In this document: positions 36,720-38,717 of the stretch, piece by piece
Position numbering within the stretch: position 1 is the stretch's first letter
Layout of the letters: every line of letters starts with the position of its first letter
Assembly: GCA_947452325.1 (NCBI GenBank)
Contig: CANGCZ010000001.1
Location: 1-38,717, forward strand
DNA: 38,717 nt
Source: Comamonadaceae bacterium
GTDB taxonomy: Bacteria > Pseudomonadota > Gammaproteobacteria > Burkholderiales > Burkholderiaceae_C
Direction of reading: 5' to 3'
The notes under the pieces: generated by a model
Seen by the model: the letters and a program-made list of their open reading frames with translations, nothing else
Database searches by the model: none
Told to the model about the DNA's origin: nothing
Made by a program: the position numbers and the translations under genes

Positions 36720-38717
36720 TCAGGCCAGTTTGCCGTGACAGTGTTTGTATTTTTTACCGCTGCCGCAAGGACAAGCCTCATTGCGCCCGACCACTGGCAC
36801 TTGGTCAACAGCGGCTGTTGATTGGCTGGCGCCAAACAACTGAGCTTGACCGGTTTCGTCCGGCGCTGAATATGTGAGGTTGGTGACGGCATCTGCACGC
36901 TCTTCAATGGCAAGTGCTGCATCTTCAACCTGAGTGGCAGTTTCGATTTGCACGGTCATGAGGATGCGCGTGACTTCATTTTTCACCATATCCAACAATT
37001 GACCAAACAACTCAAAGGCTTCGCGCTTGTATTCCTGCTTGGGTTGTTTTTGCGCATAGCCGCGCAAATGTATGCCTTGACGCAAATAGTCCAGCGAGGA
37101 CAAATGTTCACGCCAATGGCTATCTATGTTTTGCAGTAAGACTGCGCGCATGAACGGCGTGAATTGTTCTACACCCACGGTTTCAATTTTGCTGTTGAAT
37201 GCATCATGGGCAGCTTGCACCACCATGTGCAAAATATCTTCGTCAGTGATGGCTTGTGCTTTTTCGACTTCTTGGGTCAAAGGCAAATCGATGTGCCAAT
37301 CATTACGCAATACATTTTGCAAACCGGCGATGTCCCATTGCTCTTCTACCGACTCTTCAGGCATAAACTGACGTACCAAATCAGTGAAGCAGCCTTCACG
37401 CAGGCTGGCGATTTGCGCCGTCAAATTTGAAGCATCCAAAATGTCATTGCGCTGCTGGTAAATGACTTTTCGCTGGTCATTGGACACATCATCGTATTCC
37501 AGCAACTGTTTGCGAATGTCAAAGTTTCGCGCTTCTACTTTGCGCTGCGCGCTTTCAATGCTGCGAGTGACCATGCCTGCTTCAATGGCTTCACCTTCAG
37601 GCATCTTCAATCTATCCATGATGGCTTTGACGCGCTCACCGGCAAAAATACGCATCAGCGAGTCATCCAGGCTGAGATAAAACCGAGAAGAACCGGGGTC
37701 GCCTTGGCGGCCGGAGCGACCGCGCAATTGGTTATCGATGCGCCGTGACTCATGACGCTCGGTGGCAATGATGCGCAAACCGCCGACAGATTTCACAAAC
37801 TCATGGTCTTTGGCCCAAGCCTCACGCAACTGCAATGCTTTGGCTGCTTTGTCACTGTCGCTCAAACTCTCATCGGCCATCAATTTATCAACGGCTTTTT
37901 CTACGTTACCGCCCAACACAATATCGGTTCCGCGACCGGCCATGTTGGTGGCGATGGTGATGGATTTGGGTGCACCTGCTTGCGCCACAATGTCCGCTTC
38001 GCTGGCGTGTTGTTTGGCGTTGAGCACCTGGTGCTTCAAGCCTGCTTTGTCCAGCATGCCCGAGAGCAATTCAGACAATTCAATCGAAGTGGTGCCAACC
38101 AACACAGGCTGACCGCGCCCGTGGCATTCTTTGATGTCATCGATGGCCGCTTTGTATTTTTCTTCCGTGGTTTTGTAAACCCGGTCTAACTGGTCTTCAC
38201 GCAAACTTTGCTTGTTGGGCGGAATGATGACTGTTTCTAAACCGTAAATTTCCTGAAACTCATAAGCTTCGGTGTCCGCGGTTCCGGTCATACCGCTTAA
38301 TTTTTCATACAAACGGAAATAGTTTTGGAACGTGATGGACGCCATGGTCTGGTTTTCAGCCTGGATAGGCACACCTTCTTTGGCCTCAACAGCCTGGTGC
38401 AAACCATCACTCCAACGGCGTCCTGACATCAAACGGCCGGTGAACTCATCCACGATCACAATCTCACCGTTTTGATTCACGTAATGTTGGTCGAGATGGT
38501 ACAGGTGATGTGCACGTAACGCTGCATACAAATGGTGAACCAAACCTATGTGTGACGGGTCGTACAAAGACGCGCCTGCGGGCAACAAACCCATGTCAGA
38601 CAGAATTTTTTCAGCCTTCTCATGACCGAGTTCAGTCAAATACACCTGATGTGATTTCTCGTCGAGAGTGAAGTCACCGGGTGTGATGACGCCCTCGCCG
38701 GTGCGCAAATCCATCTC
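36720..38717 (-). CDS. secA: Preprotein translocase SecA (5' part lies outside the window)
   Basis: 'IVDEFTGR', 'GMTGTA', '[11 protein letters not shown]', '[13 protein letters not shown]', C-terminal zinc motif '[13 protein letters not shown]'. Confidence 0.98.
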   Translation of the reverse strand, partial: EMDLRTGEGVITPGDFTLDEKSHQVYLTELGHEKAEKILSDMGLLPAGASLYDPSHIGLVHHLYAALRAHHLYHLDQHYVNQNGEIVIVDEFTGRLMSGRRWSDGLHQAVEAKEGVPIQAENQTMASITFQNYFRLYEKLSGMTGTADTEAYEFQEIYGLETVIIPPNKQSLREDQLDRVYKTTEEKYKAAIDDIKECHGRGQPVLVGTTSIELSELLSGMLDKAGLKHQVLNAKQHASEADIVAQAGAPKSITIATNMAGRGTDIVLGGNVEKAVDKLMADESLSDSDKAAKALQLREAWAKDHEFVKSVGGLRIIATERHESRRIDNQLRGRSGRQGDPGSSRFYLSLDDSLMRIFAGERVKAIMDRLKMPEGEAIEAGMVTRSIESAQRKVEARNFDIRKQLLEYDDVSNDQRKVIYQQRNDILDASNLTAQIASLREGCFTDLVRQFMPEESVEEQWDIAGLQNVLRNDWHIDLPLTQEVEKAQAITDEDILHMVVQAAHDAFNSKIETVGVEQFTPFMRAVLLQNIDSHWREHLSSLDYLRQGIHLRGYAQKQPKQEYKREAFELFGQLLDMVKNEVTRILMTVQIETATQVEDAALAIEERADAVTNLTYSAPDETGQAQLFGASQSTAAVDQVPVVGRNEACPCGSGKKYKHCHGKLA

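Noticed and set aside
1-38717. Many long alternative-frame or antisense ORFs (e.g. 1734-2543, 8458-9099, 12527-13189, 18400-19020, 20852-21682, 25720-26325)
   Set aside because: They shadow well-supported genes, show no family motifs, and are expected from codon bias in GC-rich DNA.
1-38717. CRISPR arrays, tRNA/rRNA genes, IS elements, integrases or prophage genes
   Set aside because: No repeat-spacer periodicity, cloverleaf, or transposase, integrase or phage motifs were seen, and the intergenic spaces are short.

Overview
Mostly core chromosome of a betaproteobacterium. Gene order and protein sequences look like Comamonadaceae, possibly Limnohabitans-like (inference). Left to right: a low-GC DUF4160/DUF2442 pair; the pilM-pilN-pilO/P-pilQ-aroK-aroB-dgt-DUF1415 operon, divergent from PBP1A; cyaY, lptM (absent from the ORF track), lysA, msrQP, cytochrome c4, engB, two lipid A acyltransferases and metK; an accessory block (PQQ dehydrogenase, c-type cytochrome, secreted ankyrin protein, secreted HExxH protein, MFS, ibpA, SDR, serine hydrolase, esterase, DUF47-pit); then pilB-pilC-coaE-zapD, mutT, a DUF815 ATPase, argJ and the 3' part of secA. 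Strongest leads: (1) metK is bracketed by two structured RNAs, a variant SAM-II-like riboswitch in its leader and an unassigned multi-hairpin RNA between its stop codon and terminator. (2) A PQQ dehydrogenase cassette carries a lanthanide-type D-x-D motif, its partner cytochrome has lost its first CxxCH through two symmetric base changes, and a periplasmic ankyrin gene lies divergent. (3) The type IV pilus/competence machine is reduced throughout: degenerate PilM, PilO-PilP fusion, short PilQ, PilB and PilC, and no pilD at its usual locus. Also seen: a ROSE thermometer before ibpA and a Pho box before DUF47-pit. No tRNA, rRNA, CRISPR array, transposase or integrase was recognised. All assignments come from motif recognition by eye; no database searches were run.
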